64,000 bases of DNA from a virus. The stretch spans positions 32,001 through 96,000 of the IMG/VR virus record IMGVR_UViG_3300046559_000446. The stretch is one strand, 5' to 3'. The notes beneath the pieces were generated by a model. The model worked only from the letters and a program-made list of their open reading frames with translations. It had not been told where the DNA came from and ran no database searches. The position numbers and the translations under genes are program-made. Shown here piece by piece: positions 62,399-64,000 of the stretch; position 1 is the first letter of the stretch; each line of letters starts with the position of its first letter.

Positions 62399-64000
62399 CG
62401 TCCATCAATCTTCAAAAGGTCAATCCGCAGGATGTCCTCGACCGCATGGACAAGGAGATGTGCGAGCGGTCCCTGCACGAGTTCGTCAAGCGGGCCTGGA
62501 AAGAGGTCGAGCCGGGCCAGCCCATGCTCGACAACTGGCACCTGCCGTTCATCTGTGAACATTTGGAGGCGATCACCGACGGCGCCCAGGTCGATGGCAA
62601 GCCCTACAACCGTCTCCTGATCAACATTCCTCCCGGCGGCATGAAATCCCTGCTGCTCAATGTGTTTTGGCCGGCCTGGGAATGGGGGCCTGCCGCCATG
62701 CCCCACATGCGCTATCTCTGCGCGTCCCATAACATCGACCTGGTCGAGCGCGACAGCATTCGCATGCGCCGGCTGGTCACCACCGCCTGGTATCAGAAGC
62801 ACTGGGGCGACCTGGTCGAACTGACCGGCGACCAGAACTCCAAGACGGTGTTCGAAAACACCCGCTCCGGATGGCGCAGGGCGGTCGCGGCGGGAGCGGA
62901 TACCGGTCACCGGGCCGACCGCGTCCTGATCGACGACGCTCTGAGCGTCAAGAACGCCAACAGCGACAGCACCCGCGAGAGCGTCAACCTGTGGTTCAGG
63001 GAATCGGTGCCGACCCGCCTCAATTCGCCGCGCAAGAGCGCCATCGTGGTGATCATGCAGCGGCTGCACGAGGCCGATCTGTCCGGAATGATCCTCGACA
63101 AGAAGCTCGGCTACGATCACATCATGATCCCGATGCGCTACGATCCGGACCGCGCCCACCCCACCATGCTCGGCTACAAAGACCCCCGCACCATCCCCGG
63201 CGAGCTTTATTTCCCGACCCGTTTTCCCCTCGACGTGGTCGAACGCGAAGAGCGGATCATGGGGCCGTTCGCCACCGCCGGCCAAATGCAGCAGGCCCCA
63301 GTCCCGCGAGGAGGCGGCGTCATCAAGGACGCCGACTGGATCCTGTGGGACAGGCCGGAATTTCCGGCGCTCGACTTTATTATCGCCTCCATCGACACCG
63401 CCTACGGTCTGAAGCAGGAGAACGACCCCAGCGCCATGACGGTGTGGGGGGTGTTTTCAGGCGACACCCGCAACCAGGCCACCAGGCTGGTGGATCGCTA
63501 CGGTCACCCGAAGGAAATGCCTGAAGGCGGCGCCTCCACTCACCTCGACGCCGCGCCGCGCGTCATTTTGATGTACGCCTGGACCGAGCGCCTCAGTCTT
63601 TCCGACCTGGTCGCCAAGGTGGCCCTCCATTGCAAGAAGTTGAAGGTTGACCGCCTGCTGGTCGAGGCCAAGGCGAGCGGCATATCGGTCGCGCAGGAGA
63701 TGCGCCGTCTTTACGGACATGAGCCATGGGCGGTTCACCTGATCAATCCAGGCAACCAGGATAAACTTGCTCGGCTGTACAGTGTTCAGCCGCTGTTTGC
63801 GGAAGGCATGGTCTACGCTCCAGACAAGGAATGGGCGGAAATGGTGATCAGGCAAGTGGCTTCCTTCCCCAAGGCGCTGCATGACGATCTTACCGACACC
63901 ACATCACAGGCGATTCGCCACCTGCGCGACTGCGGATTGCTGACCCGGTCCGACGAAAGGTTGGCGGAAATGAACGAGGAAGTCCAGTATGGCCGCACCA
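62395..64000 (+). CDS. terL: Terminase large subunit (3'-truncated; absent from the ORF track because there is no stop in the window)
   Basis: Manual translation: RLLINIPPGGMKS Walker A, VLIDD Walker B, IVVIMQRLH, IDTAYG...NDPSA and HDDLTDTTSQA nuclease motifs. Confidence 0.92.
   Translation, partial: MTSINLQKVNPQDVLDRMDKEMCERSLHEFVKRAWKEVEPGQPMLDNWHLPFICEHLEAITDGAQVDGKPYNRLLINIPPGGMKSLLLNVFWPAWEWGPAAMPHMRYLCASHNIDLVERDSIRMRRLVTTAWYQKHWGDLVELTGDQNSKTVFENTRSGWRRAVAAGADTGHRADRVLIDDALSVKNANSDSTRESVNLWFRESVPTRLNSPRKSAIVVIMQRLHEADLSGMILDKKLGYDHIMIPMRYDPDRAHPTMLGYKDPRTIPGELYFPTRFPLDVVEREERIMGPFATAGQMQQAPVPRGGGVIKDADWILWDRPEFPALDFIIASIDTAYGLKQENDPSAMTVWGVFSGDTRNQATRLVDRYGHPKEMPEGGASTHLDAAPRVILMYAWTERLSLSDLVAKVALHCKKLKVDRLLVEAKASGISVAQEMRRLYGHEPWAVHLINPGNQDKLARLYSVQPLFAEGMVYAPDKEWAEMVIRQVASFPKALHDDLTDTTSQAIRHLRDCGLLTRSDERLAEMNEEVQYGRT

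Larger units (their letters stand above)
1..64000. mobile_element. Tailed bacteriophage genome (podovirus-like, probable alphaproteobacterial host), partial
   Basis: Contiguous capsid, tail, lysis, replication and terminase modules with no host housekeeping genes; both ends cut through phage genes. Confidence 0.95.

Noticed and set aside
1-64000. Integrase, attachment site or repressor cassette (prophage status)
   Set aside because: No recombinase motifs or host-phage junction seen; lifestyle cannot be determined from this window

Overview
The whole 64 kb window reads as most of a single tailed-phage (Caudoviricetes, podovirus-like) genome. The host is probably an alphaproteobacterium, because the phage carries a GcrA homologue. 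No host housekeeping genes, integrase, tRNA or CRISPR array are recognisable. The layout is: (1) 1-33.3 kb (+), head and tail morphogenesis, comprising a GroES-like gene, scaffold, decoration, major capsid, adaptor/nozzle proteins, two chaperone-processed tail fibres plus a collagen-like third, a GH19 endolysin with a holin-like gene, internal/ejection proteins and a tail-collar protein; (2) 33.3-39 kb (-), accessory genes (GcrA, MazG, signal-peptide proteins, VRR-NUC) around a highly structured intergenic region; (3) 39-47.8 kb (+), replication (SF2 helicase, Cas4-like exonuclease, SSB, family A polymerase, C5 methylase); (4) 47.8-61 kb, many small early genes behind a repeated sigma70-type promoter cassette, plus a primase-helicase followed by an iteron-rich putative origin; (5) 61.2-64 kb, terminase small subunit and a truncated large subunit. 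The portal gene probably lies outside the window. The most unusual signals are a recurring [K/R/Y/F/H]-x-x-GG peptide tag shared by six otherwise unrelated morphogenesis-region proteins, a 1610-aa ejection polyprotein with an internal autocleavage-type domain and two cell-wall hydrolases, duplicated structured RNA-like motifs at 36.2-36.7 kb, and several secreted or Cys-rich peptides. All assignments come from motif recognition by eye; no database searches were run. Where I chose a different start codon from the ORF track, the evidence field says so.
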